DNA of 64,000 nt from positions 16,061,137 through 16,125,136 of the forward strand of contig OZ316891.1 in assembly GCA_973895155.1 (NCBI GenBank). Direction: 5' to 3'. Of the stretch, positions 52,401-64,000 are shown piece by piece (the stretch's first letter is position 1; the number at the start of each line of letters is the position of its first letter). The DNA is from Marsupella aquatica. Lineage: Eukaryota; Plantae; Marchantiophyta. The notes below the pieces were generated by a model. That model had not been told where the DNA came from. It did not search any database and was given only the letters and a program-made list of their open reading frames with translations. The translations under genes were made by a program, and so were the position numbers.

Positions 52401-54139
52401 GTGCCGTTGCCATTGCTGGTGCCGTTCTCTCCTTCTCCAACAATTTCAGCAGATTCTGCATGCCTGATTGTTGCATCGGCAAGTCTTCTTTGCTTGGTCG
52501 AAACACCTGCTCGATCGTAGGACTGGCAGGCTGGTTGGGCTCTTCTGTTGCCGGCCTCTGCTCCGGAACCTCCTCTGGTGCCCTTGCCGATAGGGGAAGT
52601 ACTGGGGCAAAGATTTGACTTCTGGCATACCGGCACAACAGCGGCATGTGATAGCCAAGATGGGACACGCTTCCCACGCCGATCACCTGCTGTTCCTCCT
52701 TCAAGATCTTCTTCAGTTGGTTGAGGAGGTACCCGTTGTAATCTCGGCTTGGGTCTGGCCTTTTTGCCAGGTAGACCTGAGCCTTGCCAATCTCTGCCCT
52801 CGGCAAGTTACAATGCATGGTCACCCGCAAGAAATCGATCATCTCTCCAATGTGCGGGTTGGTGCAGGTGTTCCGGAAGAAGCCATTCTTCGTTGATGGT
52901 CCTGGGAACGACCGGAACTCCTTGTCAGGTAAGGTCTTCCTGGTATCAACCTTGGTCTTATTACCCATCGGCAAGCCAAACACCTCGGCAATCACCCGGG
53001 GAGTGAGATAGAAATCCTTCCCATACACCCTCGTGGAATTGGTCTCGGGTTCCCATGATCCCACAAATTCTAATAAGTTTGAGTCCGGCACCTCTAGCTT
53101 CAGCCATGGTAATCTTACGAAGGCTTCCAAGCCGGATCCGGCCATGAAGCCTTGGTACTTCTTGGTCTGCATGGCCGTAAAGCATGCATCCTCCTCCCGT
53201 GCAAAATGTAATTGCACTTCCTCTGGTAGGGTCGCCGCCCAGCCTTTCCAGGTGTCATCCTTTGTTGGAATGGCATTGATGGGATCGACCACCTCCTCTT
53301 TGGCTTCTCCCTGCCTCCTATTCTGCTGCTCTACTGGCTTCCTTGGTGCCGTTGACCTCATTCTTTTTGCTGGGGTGGCCTCTTCATTGTTGTTTCCTTT
53401 CCTCTTCATCTCGGCTACCGTGGATGTTTCTCCTAGCACAGTTGCCTTTGTCCACCCCTCCGTGCTACCCTTCAACTCCCAGTGCGCGTCGTTGCAGCGG
53501 TTGATGGCTTCCCAAATGCCGACAATTCTGTCTTTGCAAAACAGAAGGTCATCAAGCTGATTGGCAGTAGGAGTCCACAAGAACTCGGCCTTGATGAGTT
53601 CTCCTCCTAAGAAGGCGAGCTTCTGCAGCTCCCACAGTTGAGTGAGCTCTTGCCATTCTCGAGCTGCTCTCTCTGATTCTTCGTCCTCGTAAGTCCTAAT
53701 GTACTCAGTTGCCCATTTGAACAGGCATCCCCAAAAATGTGCCGCTTGATTGACGTTGCTCATACCTTGCTTGACTCGATCGTTGGTATCTGCTCCCGCC
53801 CCGAGTGCTTGCCTAAGCAACTGACAGTAGTTGGCCTTCTGTAGTTGTCTGCCCAGTTCGTGCTTGCAAATGAGCCACCATTCCTCGTGAGCGGTCCTTA
53901 CCCTTCTCCTCCTCTGGTCTTTCCTCCCGTTGGTTACCCCTAGCCGCCGATGCTTAGCGCGCCCTAACCCTAATCGTGTTCTCTCCCCCAGCGTTCTTAC
54001 CTCCGGTCACGGCCCGGGTTCCATAGTCACCCTTAATTGTTTATATTTTCCTTGTTTTTGTTACTATACTAATGTGTTTATAGGGTATATCTCCGTTTCC
54101 CCACTTAACTGGCCTAGTGATTCCTGGCTAGGCATCACA
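49430..54139 (-). mobile_element. Solo LTR D, 4.7 kb, third gene-containing family
   Basis: On the minus strand TGTGATGCC...GGGACGCACCACA. Perfect TSD CAAGG. The host frame rejoins as FSKVGGMSGNERNY. Confidence 0.92.
50331..53763 (-). pseudogene. LTR-encoded PMD-like coiled-coil protein (LTR D), decayed
   Basis: MSNVNQAAHFWGCLF...GLEAFVRLPW...EFVGSWEPETNSTRVYGKDFYLTPRVIAEVFGLPMG...NGFFRNTC...PRAEI, then coiled-coil fragments at 50865-51746. Confidence 0.82.
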
Positions 54140-54144
54140 CAAGG

Positions 54145-55642
54145 TAGGTGGCATGAGTGGCAATGAGAGAAATTATGACTTTGGATCTCTACTGGACAGT
54201 GCAGTGGGACTGAATCGACTGGTTGGATTAGAGTATGGACCGGAGGGATTGAAGATACGTCAATCACAGGATAAACAAGATCATGTTTGGGCAACTTTAC
54301 ATCCTTTGGATGAAGGAGAACGTACAAGCTCCAAATTTATTTGATTACTCTGCAGTTCAGACTAATGATCTGGTTGTTGATGCTCTAAAGGAAGGTTTGC
54401 AGGAAGCAAAGGATTTGTTGTGCAAGCTGAACATGTCACCAAGGAGTTCTTTGCTGCAACGAAAAGATGATGGTGGGTTCATCCTTGGGAGGTGGAGGCA
54501 GAGACTTGGCCAGATACAAGTGTATGAAAGAGGTTGTGTTATGTGATGATGCTGAAGACACAGTTGAGCATCGATCTACTGTAGGCCCTAGACCTGAGCC
54601 CCCAATTGGAGAGTTTCTAGAGTTTGATGATCCTGAAGAAGATCTCAATCAGATCTCGGGGGTTTCACTTCCACAAAAATGGCATATCACGTGCGACAAA
54701 GGATAGGGTCATTTTATTGGTTCTAAAGGAAGACTTAAGAATTTTTGTAGAAGAACAATAAGGTCTTTTAAATTCAATTTTGAGACTTATAAGAATATTA
54801 GGGTCTTTTTAATCCAATTTTTAGAATATTCCAAGAATATTCCAACTTTATAGGGGTTAAAAAATTTAAAAATTTTCTTACATTTTAGGGGGTCCGAGGC
54901 CTAAAAACGTCGCAGGCGATGGGGAGGTCCCCATATAGTGAGACCCCCGAGAATCAGATTGATTTATGGGACACTCTAGACAGTTGTGATTGTATTGAGC
55001 CATTAATAGTTGATGATTGTGAGATTGAGGTGGACATTGACCCATTTTGTGAGATGGAAACACTAAGGCATGTCTTGGCTGGAGTTCAAGCAGACTTAAC
55101 TGATGTATAGACACCCGGGTCAGTGGTTTCTATTGTAACTTATAAGGGAAGGACTATCTACAAGTCCACTCTTGTGAGTCAATTGTGCTGCAATCCTTTC
55201 ATGTTAGAGGATAGCCTAGAAGACCTATTACACTACTGGTAAGGAGAAGGAACATGGTGACTCTATGACTTGTTTGGTTGACATTGGTATTGATATAGCA
55301 GTTTTGTTTGAGTCTACTGTAGAGGTTGGTCCTTCTACCAGATCATCCAAGTCAAAGAAGAGGAAGGGAAGAGATAAAGCGCCTACTATTGAGGCAATAT
55401 CTGCAAAGAAGGAATATTGGTTGGGTAGGATTGAGTTTATGATACAGAAGAATGGCTCCCATTGGGTCAGACATCAAAAAGCAATAGATCTACTGGATAG
55501 CCTGTACCTGCAGTTGGACAGAGTGGAAGTGTGTGCTGCTTGCAGTGTAATTGGTACAAATCTACTGGTAACAACAAAACTTTGTTCACTTATGATGCAA
55601 TGGATGGACAATGGATTGATATTGAGATGTGTTAAATTATGA
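54145..55642 (+). pseudogene. P-like transposase, C-terminal segments
   Basis: GGMSGNERNYDF...LNRL; decayed coding rejoins across the MITE and continues to YWLGRIEFMI. Confidence 0.6.
54655..54951. mobile_element. MITE, 297 bp, 8-bp TSD, same family as the P-like host
   Basis: TIR CTCGGGGGTTTCACT / AGTGAGACCCCCGAG; perfect TSD AATCAGAT. Confidence 0.93.
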
Positions 55643-56659
55643 AATATATATACACCAACAAAAGATGATTGAATTTCTCTTAAGCCAATGTGGCTTATTA
55701 TATGTTGTACATTGGGGTAGTTGTAACTACCCTCTCCTAGTCTTGTGTCTCTTTATATCTAGGTATTGCATACCTCTTTGTATCATATGGACTAAGGGTT
55801 AAATATATTCTAACAAGATGGAAATTTCAAATGTGAACTTGACAATGAAGTCTGGGGTAGTTGACAAAGTGTATGTACTATATCCAAATGACTTGCAGGC
55901 TTTGACCACATACATTCAGAGTGTGAGTAAATTGTGATATATACTTGACTATTGTTTATTGAAATTAGTTTGTTGTGTGTGTATGTGACGCATGTTTAGG
56001 GTTAGTGGGAGGGAGTAGAGTGGGGGATGGCGAATTGGAAAATTGAGATGTATGCTCAATCAGGGGTTCAATTCCCCTCCATCATGTGAACATCATCATG
56101 TTGGGAGCTTGTGAATTAAGGTAGAGAACCGATGCCTCGAATAGGTAACCCATAGTGTTTGGTTACCTATTCATGGTATCGGCATCCACCATGCTTCACT
56201 ATTCAAGAGTGAGAACTACAAGTTGTTAGATGATCATGAATGCAATTTACAAGATATTCAACTTCATGATCTAACTACATCAAATGTATTGGAAATGCGT
56301 ATCAATTTGTACAATTGGCTCTACACTATTGAGGAACTTTACTTTCCTTAATAGGCATTTTTTAAATCATCATAAAACTTTACATAAAGTTTTATAGGGG
56401 TAAACAATTCAAAAAATGGCCGCTTTTCAGAAAGTAAGGGAGTGGGGAAAAATAAAATCACTTAAAAGTTAGGGGGTCCAGACCCTAAAACATCGCACAT
56501 GATGTAGAGCCCTACATACAGTGACCCCCCCGAGCATAGCCAACCTTGCCAAATTCAAAGCTCCATCTTCAAGGTACTCGAGTGGTGGCAATGTCTTTCA
56601 TGACCAAGAATTAGGAAACTTAGAACTCTTCCACCATAGAAACCGGCGATATAGCCATT

Positions 56660-57285
56660 TTGTTTAGTATTAGAATCGATGTTCAAGCATTCCTCCAATG
56701 CAAATCTAATGTGCACAATATGCACTCTCTATCCTCGCACTCATACGCTTGAAATGCTAGAAAATAGACTCTCATGGGAGGGCGAGCCTCTGTCTTATTT
56801 ATAGTTGAAGCCAAACCACGTTGGTCTCTTTACAAGACTAGAAGATACTAGAACTTACTAGATTTTATTTTATTACCACAATAAATTCTAGAACTTACTA
56901 TTTTACCATGACAAATTCTAGAAGCTACCAGAATTTATCTTTTTATTATGGTAATTTTTGAAATTACTATTTATTATGGTAGATTCTAGAAGTTACTAGA
57001 ATTTACCTATTTTACTATGTTAAATTCTAGAAATTACTTTTCACTATGATAATTCCTAAAAATTACCAAGACTTAAAATTTAACTTTGGTAGAAGTCAAA
57101 ATCTACTTGTTACCACATAAATCTCTACTTTTATATTTTCACACAAAACCAAGTTATTCAATTCTCCATATAGTCTAATTTCCTTACGACACCGAAGGGA
57201 CACAATGGTGGGAACACAAGACTAAGTCAAAAGACTCCTGAGCAAGAAACCCCACTCCCTAGGGAGGGAGTCGACTATCAACTCA
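56660..57285 (-). repeat. Possible degenerate LTR-like fragment with AT-rich subrepeats
   Basis: CTATAAATAA on the minus strand (~56795-56804) and repeated TTCTAGAA-TTACTA-TTTTA units at 56838-57070. No TSD found. Confidence 0.35.
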
Positions 57286-57911
57286 TGAATGGAACTCTAG
57301 ACTCACTGAATGCATTGAAGAGGAATAATCAGGGGAATGGGTCTTTGACTCGCCTGGACCCCGAGGGCATCTAGCTTTGAGTCTGGGCCTCCGAGGGATG
57401 TGATCCCTTTAGTAGAACACTTCAAATTATGCCTGGCTCTTTTATGGGAGAGGATAAAATGGCCTCCTACCACGGGGATTCAGATATAGAGATATCAGAA
57501 TATGATGAATATATCTTGCACAACCAGGCTGGGGTATTTACAAACGACAAGAACCAAGAAATAGTAACAGCAAACAGTTACTGTTACCAGGAGAAATGGA
57601 AAAAAGAACATGGGATTGAGCTCCATTATTTGGTCAAGAAGTTAAAAAAACACCATCAATAAACCCCATTTTCAGTCATTTTCAATACCACCATCCAATT
57701 GTCAAGGAAAGTAGGGGCCATTAGAATAAAGGTGTTGCCGAAAACCGGTGATGGCCAGCACACAACGGTAGTATGTCGGCAGGGAAGGGCAAAATTTAGG
57801 TATTCATAAAACAACGAAAAAGATGGAGATTCTACGTAACGTCAATCGAGAAGAGAACAGTAAACTTAACGACCAATAGAAAAAGGCGTTGCCAAAACAT
57901 GTGGATATTAG

Positions 57912-60900
57912 CAGCGCCCAGCGCTAGTATGCTGGAAAAGATTGTCCGTCACATCAATCGAGAAGTGAACACAGGAAACTCAATTTGAAGCATTTCCAAC
58001 AAACAGAGGCAATGGCAGACATTGAATATTTTCAGCGATGGCCACTACATTAAATGTCGGACCTCAAGAAATCAACGTCTAAACACGGAACACAATGACC
58101 ATAGGCAGCGCTCGGCGCTAGCTCAAATCTAGGAATCAATGAATGACCATGAAAGAACAAGAGAGCCGATCCAAAAGTGCATTCCTTAATTCCAAAATTG
58201 GTCAAAACATATAACCGGTATTACACCATCCGTAGATCATCTTCAAATCAACCCACGGCAAAACATGAACATAAGCAGCGCTCGGCGCTAGCTAAAATCT
58301 AGCTATCTTAAATGTAGCCCGACCTGGCCCGTATGTGCTTTATCTTGACCTGAGCCGCACATAACAGTGCCGCTGATCCAAAATGGGCCAAAGATGGAGC
58401 CGGAAATACATAAACTTAGAATCACCCATAGAAGAAATCCCACGGTCCAAGACGAACAAAAGCAGCGCTCGGCGCTAGCTTAAATGGAAAGCCTATGGCC
58501 ACTGAAGCTTGTGTCACTGAAACCATCTCCGTCGTGATTAACTTCAGCTCTGCGACTGGCAGTCGTCGTCGATGCCCGCCCTGGCACGTCTGTAGTTTTG
58601 CTTGAAACCTAGACCCCTGAGACACACATAAGAAGATGAGGGGCGCCAAAACTCCGAACTCTGATTCCCGGGGTCTGGAACATTTGTATCTAGGAAGTCA
58701 ACACGTCCCAGTCGCTCTTGTACTCGTAGCTCAATAGGCTGAATACCATCAGCAGGAACAAGAGAATGAAACGAAAAACGATCAACCACTGCGAGCGGAG
58801 TGTCCCGGTCATTAATCCAAGGTAAGTTCCTCTCCCCGGGACTAATCGCCTCATCATAAGGAAGAGAAAAACAATTCCGGAAGGTCGAGGTCTCGCTGGA
58901 TGTGTCACCATGAATGGACTCGAAGGAGCTAAAGTGACTCTCGTCCGGTCAAACTCTGGAAGGAGCAAAGAAGGCAAGCATCTCCTCCAAAGACATGATC
59001 TCCTTCTTCTCCATCTGGTGGGCACTGGTAAACGCAATCGAAGCTAATGACAAGACCGGTGGTGTTGAAATGACTCGACTTGAATTAACAAAGGTTGTGT
59101 TCGAAATACCTTGCAACAGCGACCCAATGGAGAGTTTAGGTTTGGAGATCCAAAAAAACGTATCACAGAAAGGTTCAACGCAAAAAGGACCGTTGAGAAA
59201 GAGACGACTGTTCTGGTAGCGACAAAATATGCGGGGCCAAGGAACGGACGGAGGATTCAAAATTCGCAAGTAGAAAAATAGACGTTTGGGGAGCGCCCGG
59301 CGCTAGTAAGGGAAATAATGAATTTAATCCATTTTATTATCAATGTAATGTAAACAAATCATATGTAATATGATAAATAAATGGATTAAGATAACAGCGC
59401 CCGGCGCTGGTAAAATGTAAGCCAAAAAAACTCTTTAAGAATCGGACGATTTCGATTCGGAGCTCTGTGACCTCTCGGTAGAGACCGCCTCATCATCTAC
59501 ATACTTGCTCCTACAAACGTCATCTACATAAGGATTTCGGACAAATTTCCTATCAACTCCTCTTCGTAGCCGGAGACCTTTGTTTTCCCAACAAAGAGTC
59601 CTCTGATTGTCTTCCATTCTTGCAGCATTCTCAGCGTAAGAGGGTAACACAAATGGTTTCTCCGGAGTGACAATTTCAAAACGAGCTACCTTTCTTCTGA
59701 GTTTGAAGCGTCTTCTCGTATTCCATTCGGACCTGGGTGAGAACAGAAGTTCGTCAACCGATTGTATGAATGGATATCACAAAGCCATGAAGGAACTGGA
59801 AAGGAGAAAGAAGCTTACGAGTTTCAGAACATTACTCGGAAGAGTCATCGCTGTCACTCTGGCCAGCGGATTGTTCCTGACCCTTCCCCTCAGGTGTGCC
59901 ATCTTCATCTTCGTCTGCTGTACCACCACTTGACTCATCGTCAGAGTCAAAATTGAGTACAGAACGGAGCTTGTCCCTCTTTTTCTTTTCGGGTGGCTGA
60001 ATTGGGGGTGGCAAAGTTTCGACTTCCTTTGGAGAAAGTAGATCTAAGAACACCTTGGAACCAGTCTCAACGAAATCTTTCCTATTCTCCACTCCAATTA
60101 CAAACCTCCCAGAATAGTCTCCAGCTACAAAAGAGCTGCCCGACCCCACTGTCCAATCCATGAAAATATCCCTAGGACGAGTGATGAGCTCAATCACAGA
60201 TTGCATGAATCCAACAGACAATCGGGCATTTCCAGCAAATTCCATCTCAGGTGTTGGACCGACGTTGAGAGAGGGAAGTCCAATTAAATTTGTTATTGAG
60301 GGATCTTCGGTGGCAGACAGAGGTCTAAACCTCGAGTCTTTTGGCACCTTCCCTTTTTCAGACAGTCGAGAGAAGACGTCCAGCCTCAGCGTGAAGATCT
60401 GTAATATAACCCAAGCAAGGTATGTCAATGGATGCATTTGTAGACAATTTTTTAACGGCAAACCAGATGTCACGATGAGAAATTTACCTGTCGATCAGTC
60501 TTCGGCGCGTACATTGGAACTGACATGACAACATTGTGTGACGAGATGCAATGAAACTTCTTTGAATCTTGACAAGCCGATATAACCTGAGACATCGGAT
60601 CGTATTCCCCGTTATGTAAAATGGCCAACATTCCGTCATCAGATAAAAATGGGTCCATTCCACGAAAGAAAGATGTGGCCAAAGTGTGGTCAGGGACATT
60701 CCATTTAGGAACTTTTCTGTCTAGCAGAGATGGTTTAAGTCCTGTTGGAAGGTAAATGAAACCCGCGTGGACCCCAAACGATCTCTCCTTTCCACCACGC
60801 ACAACGCCCTTCTCTCGAAAGCCAGACTTCATGAGATCCTTTCCCCACTTCTCTACACCATTCACCCAGTCAGGCTTCTCCCCTTTGTTAAACGTTGAGT

Positions 60901-62860
60901 CGTAGAATTCTGAGATGCTAGATTCAACAAGGCAATGCCTTGAAAGTCTACTCTTGAAGTCCCCGACTTCGCGTTGCAGACCTACAGCAGCAGCACTTTC
61001 TCGAGAAGAAGATCCACCTTCAATGGTCCTTTTTCTCTTCTTCCTTGTACTGGTAGCATCCACTGGAGCGATCGCCTTCCCTTTGTCGGTGGGAGTAATT
61101 GGATCGGATGGTGCTCCGGCATTGGCTTCTGAAGCCTCTGGGGTGGCATCTATCTTTGTATCTCCGCTCCCCACGGCGTCCAACTTTCTTCCTGTTCAAA
61201 TGGATGTCGACGTGATATCCGTCAATAAAGAGACAACGACAATGCTAACGCCCAGTGCTGGCCAAACTATCATAAGACTTGGCCTTAAATATACATCTTT
61301 CCGAGTAATAAATACCAATCCTGTTTCTAAAACAATGATTCTCATAACAGTGCCAGGCGCTAACAATGTAACAGATTTGGACATAAGCAGCGTCGGGCGC
61401 TAACCAAAGGATATTGACAGATATTGACTGCCATAGCAGCGCCGGGCGCTAACCAAACGAAACAAATTATACTTACGTTTTTTCCCAGATCTTGTTGATT
61501 CACTTGGGGCCGTAGTATCTGCTTTTGCTTTGGCACGAGGCTTCCTGCTTCGGTCAACATGAACAATTGTTGTCTCGCATATTGTTTGCAATTCTGTTGT
61601 GGATTGATCCACATCGTCCAAAAGCCCCTGCTTCATGTCAGAAACAACGTTGACTGGAATCTGGGACTTAGACAGCTTATGGAAAGCATCCTTTTCTCTG
61701 TGATCAAAGGGCGAGTCCCATCTATCTGTATCCAGGTACCATGGACAATGGGTTCTCTCCCATTCACTCAAAGGTCTTGCTGGGAAGATTCCCTCGGTAG
61801 GATACATAGAATACAATTCAACTAAAGAATTACTCTCCGGTATGACAGTCCACTTGAGGAAGGCTACGGGATACGCCCAGAAGTAATCAGGATTGGTAGC
61901 CTCCATGTGGATGTAAAAATGGTAGAGATACCGTTTTGCTCACTTCTGGTTCTTCAAAGAATAATCCTCTTTGTCAGGATACTTCGAGGGCCACATTGTA
62001 TTAAAAAACTTACCCTTGACAGAGTCACCATATTTCCTAAAATCATTCGTAACTATTTCAATGAGAGATTCGAATGATTCACATGCCCAATCTTGTAAGC
62101 GATTCACGGGAATGGTTTGTTGGACCTCTCGTAGATCACATTGCAACATCCCCACCGCAATCCCTTCTACATTATTCCATGGAATCCAAGTGTGACACCA
62201 CTGTTTGACTGGATCATCATTGACGCTATTCGGATGGAAGAATTGTCTCCGGAGCTCCGGATTGCAATGTGCTACAAGCAAAGTACTTCGTAGCTTGGCG
62301 TCAAGAGCCGAAACAGCTGTAAAAAGCCTGGCCCGGTCCATGGTACACAACATGGTATCTGGTTTCTTCTCTCTCTTATTCCTCTCCGTGACAGCATACA
62401 TCTCTGTGCACGTAGATAGAAAGTCCTCAAACTCTGGACTCAACAAAGGAGTGATTTTCAAGGTCTTAACTGCCCATTCCTTGGTTGCTTCCTTCATCAT
62501 AACGGCATGCCTTATGGAAACCTCCTCGACCGACCAAGGGGTACCGAGGGTCGCAGCGGACTCCATGTCAATCTTGAACTGATTCGAATACGACTTAATC
62601 TTATCCTGACATAGAATGTACAAAAGAGCCTCCTGAGGCATCTTCTTTGTGTACCAGGATCCTTTTCACGTCTTCACCCTGATCTGCTCAAACTTCTTGT
62701 AATTTGCAGGGTCGATGAGCTTACTATAGTACTCCAGGTCGTGCATCAAGATCCGCTTAATTCGATCGGCATCTAGGATCCAGGAGGGTTCCACAACTGC
62801 TTGTCCTAGCCTGAAATAAAAGAACGAAATGAGAACATATAAGCAGCGCCGGGCGCTAGC
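57912..62860. repeat. Dispersed palindromic motif CAGCGC-N3-GCGCTA (at least 11 copies)
   Basis: Copies at 57912, 58106, 58276, 58463, 59292, 59395, 61246, 61348, 61388, 61437, 62844. Confidence 0.88.
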
Positions 62861-63731
62861 AAAAAATTGCCTCGAAAAGTTATGCTAGAAAGAATGAACA
62901 ATTCATAATGACTCACGAAGTTCTGCACCAAAGGGTATCTTACTGGTTAACGGTGTGCATAGCCGCTTCGATTTCTATCAGCGAACTCTTGTCGCCATTG
63001 AAAACAGTACAAAGCACACGCGGGTGGTACTTTGGGTTTTCGGGACTCTCTTGAGTGACAAGAGTCCACGAGTAAAGCCTATGGTTCCCGTCAAAAACTG
63101 AGAACATTATGTCTTTCAAAACTAGAAAATCTGGGTCGGCAGCATATTCTTCCTCAAATTTCTCGTTCTCAGATGTCCATATTGGATCCCAACTCTCATG
63201 AATTTCTTGAGTATAGGTGAGAAGCGCTCCCTCAGCATCGGTAGGCTGAACGTAAAACCTCATTCCAATCGAAGAATTGTATCCCATGCTATGGAAAGAG
63301 TCTTTTAGCTTGTCGATGGAAGAACTGTCTTTCTATAGAGTTCGGACAACCTCCATATGCACCAATCGACATAGTGGAATTCATGGAGGCTCTTTGTCAA
63401 ACCCTCTGAAATCCTTCCCAAACGACATGACATGTTTTGAAATAAGATCCGTCTCGGAAAACGAAACATCTTGAATCGCAAATGTGTCAAGATTCTCCAT
63501 CTTCTTTCTCGCTGGTTTGGCAAACGAAATACTTGAGATTGGAACAAGCGATGCGGTGGACCTCGTTACTCGACGCGTATACACTGAACCAGAGAATGAA
63601 GACTCAGAAGACTCGCAATACCCACGATCCTGATCCCCATCCACACTATACCCCCTCGACGAGGAGGGGATTGCATCCATCGTCTTTACGATGAAAGGTG
63701 TACGAACGGAATCCTCACGACTAATTACCAA
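59435..63731 (-). pseudogene. Five-exon ParB/Srx-like + amino (N4C/N6A) DNA-methyltransferase-like gene with premature stops
   Basis: Exons ~63731-62944, 62810-61477, 61191-60488, 60399-59836, ~59763-59435, mostly with GT-AG borders. FSVFDGNHRLYSW is ParB-like. FMQSVIELITRPRDIFMDWTVGSGSSFVAGDYSGRFVIGVE is the SAM-binding region of beta-class N6_N4 MTases. Confidence 0.72.
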
Positions 63732-64000
63732 TTCTCCATACCATATTAACAGTTGCGTCCGTATTATATCCGATCAATGAGCGCTATTCCCCTCTTTGTA
63801 ATCGGTTGGAGAGACGTTACTCATTGCGAACGACAAGATTCAATTTAATTTATCAGTGACGGAAAGCGACAACTTAGAAATTGCGATAAGTATTAATGTG
63901 AACTAAGCTAAAATGTTTGCGTGATAATCACGCTGAACATTAGTTACCGTTAAAAGTTACCGTTGTCTCAGCACCTTGCGAACAAACATGCAATGCCAGC

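Larger units (their letters stand above)
11556..56534 (+). mobile_element. P-element-like DDE DNA transposon, heavily nested (left end not found)
   Basis: Fragmented transposase. Right terminus ...CAGTGACCCCCCCGAG (56534); its last ~65 bp align with the right end of the TIR/8-bp-TSD MITE at 54655-54951. Confidence 0.65.

Overview
Eukaryotic, heterochromatin-like stack of nested transposons with no intact host gene. Spliceosomal introns and captured RPL18a, PTST1-like, HSP60 and EDM2-like sequences point to a land plant; a seed-free lineage is my guess. Nesting can be reconstructed from target-site duplications (TSDs). The outer element is a decayed P-element-like DDE transposon (transposase split from 12024 to ~55640, right terminus 56534). 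It carries: solo LTR A (13535-33681), which contains a LINE fragment and solo LTR B (15898-29802), which in turn contains a complete 10-kb Pack-CACTA (16108-26156); a MITE (34185-34525); a Ty3/Gypsy element (34764-48391); solo LTR D (49430-54139); and a MITE of its own family (54655-54951). The window begins inside a CACTA element (<1-11555) encoding a Tnp2 transposase plus intact tandem-BRCT and EDM2-like PHD ORFs. It ends in a decayed 5-exon ParB-like + amino-methyltransferase-like gene surrounded by a palindromic AGCGC-N3-GCGCT motif. Top candidates for new biology: (1) three divergent Gypsy-type families whose ~4-kb LTRs themselves encode a PMD/Transposase_32-like coiled-coil protein of roughly 770-1100 aa and share a covarying 3' RNA structure, so solo LTRs keep a whole gene; (2) CACTA-borne chromatin-reader cargo; (3) the ParB-MTase element with its motif array. 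Domain calls come from motif recognition by eye, not database searches.
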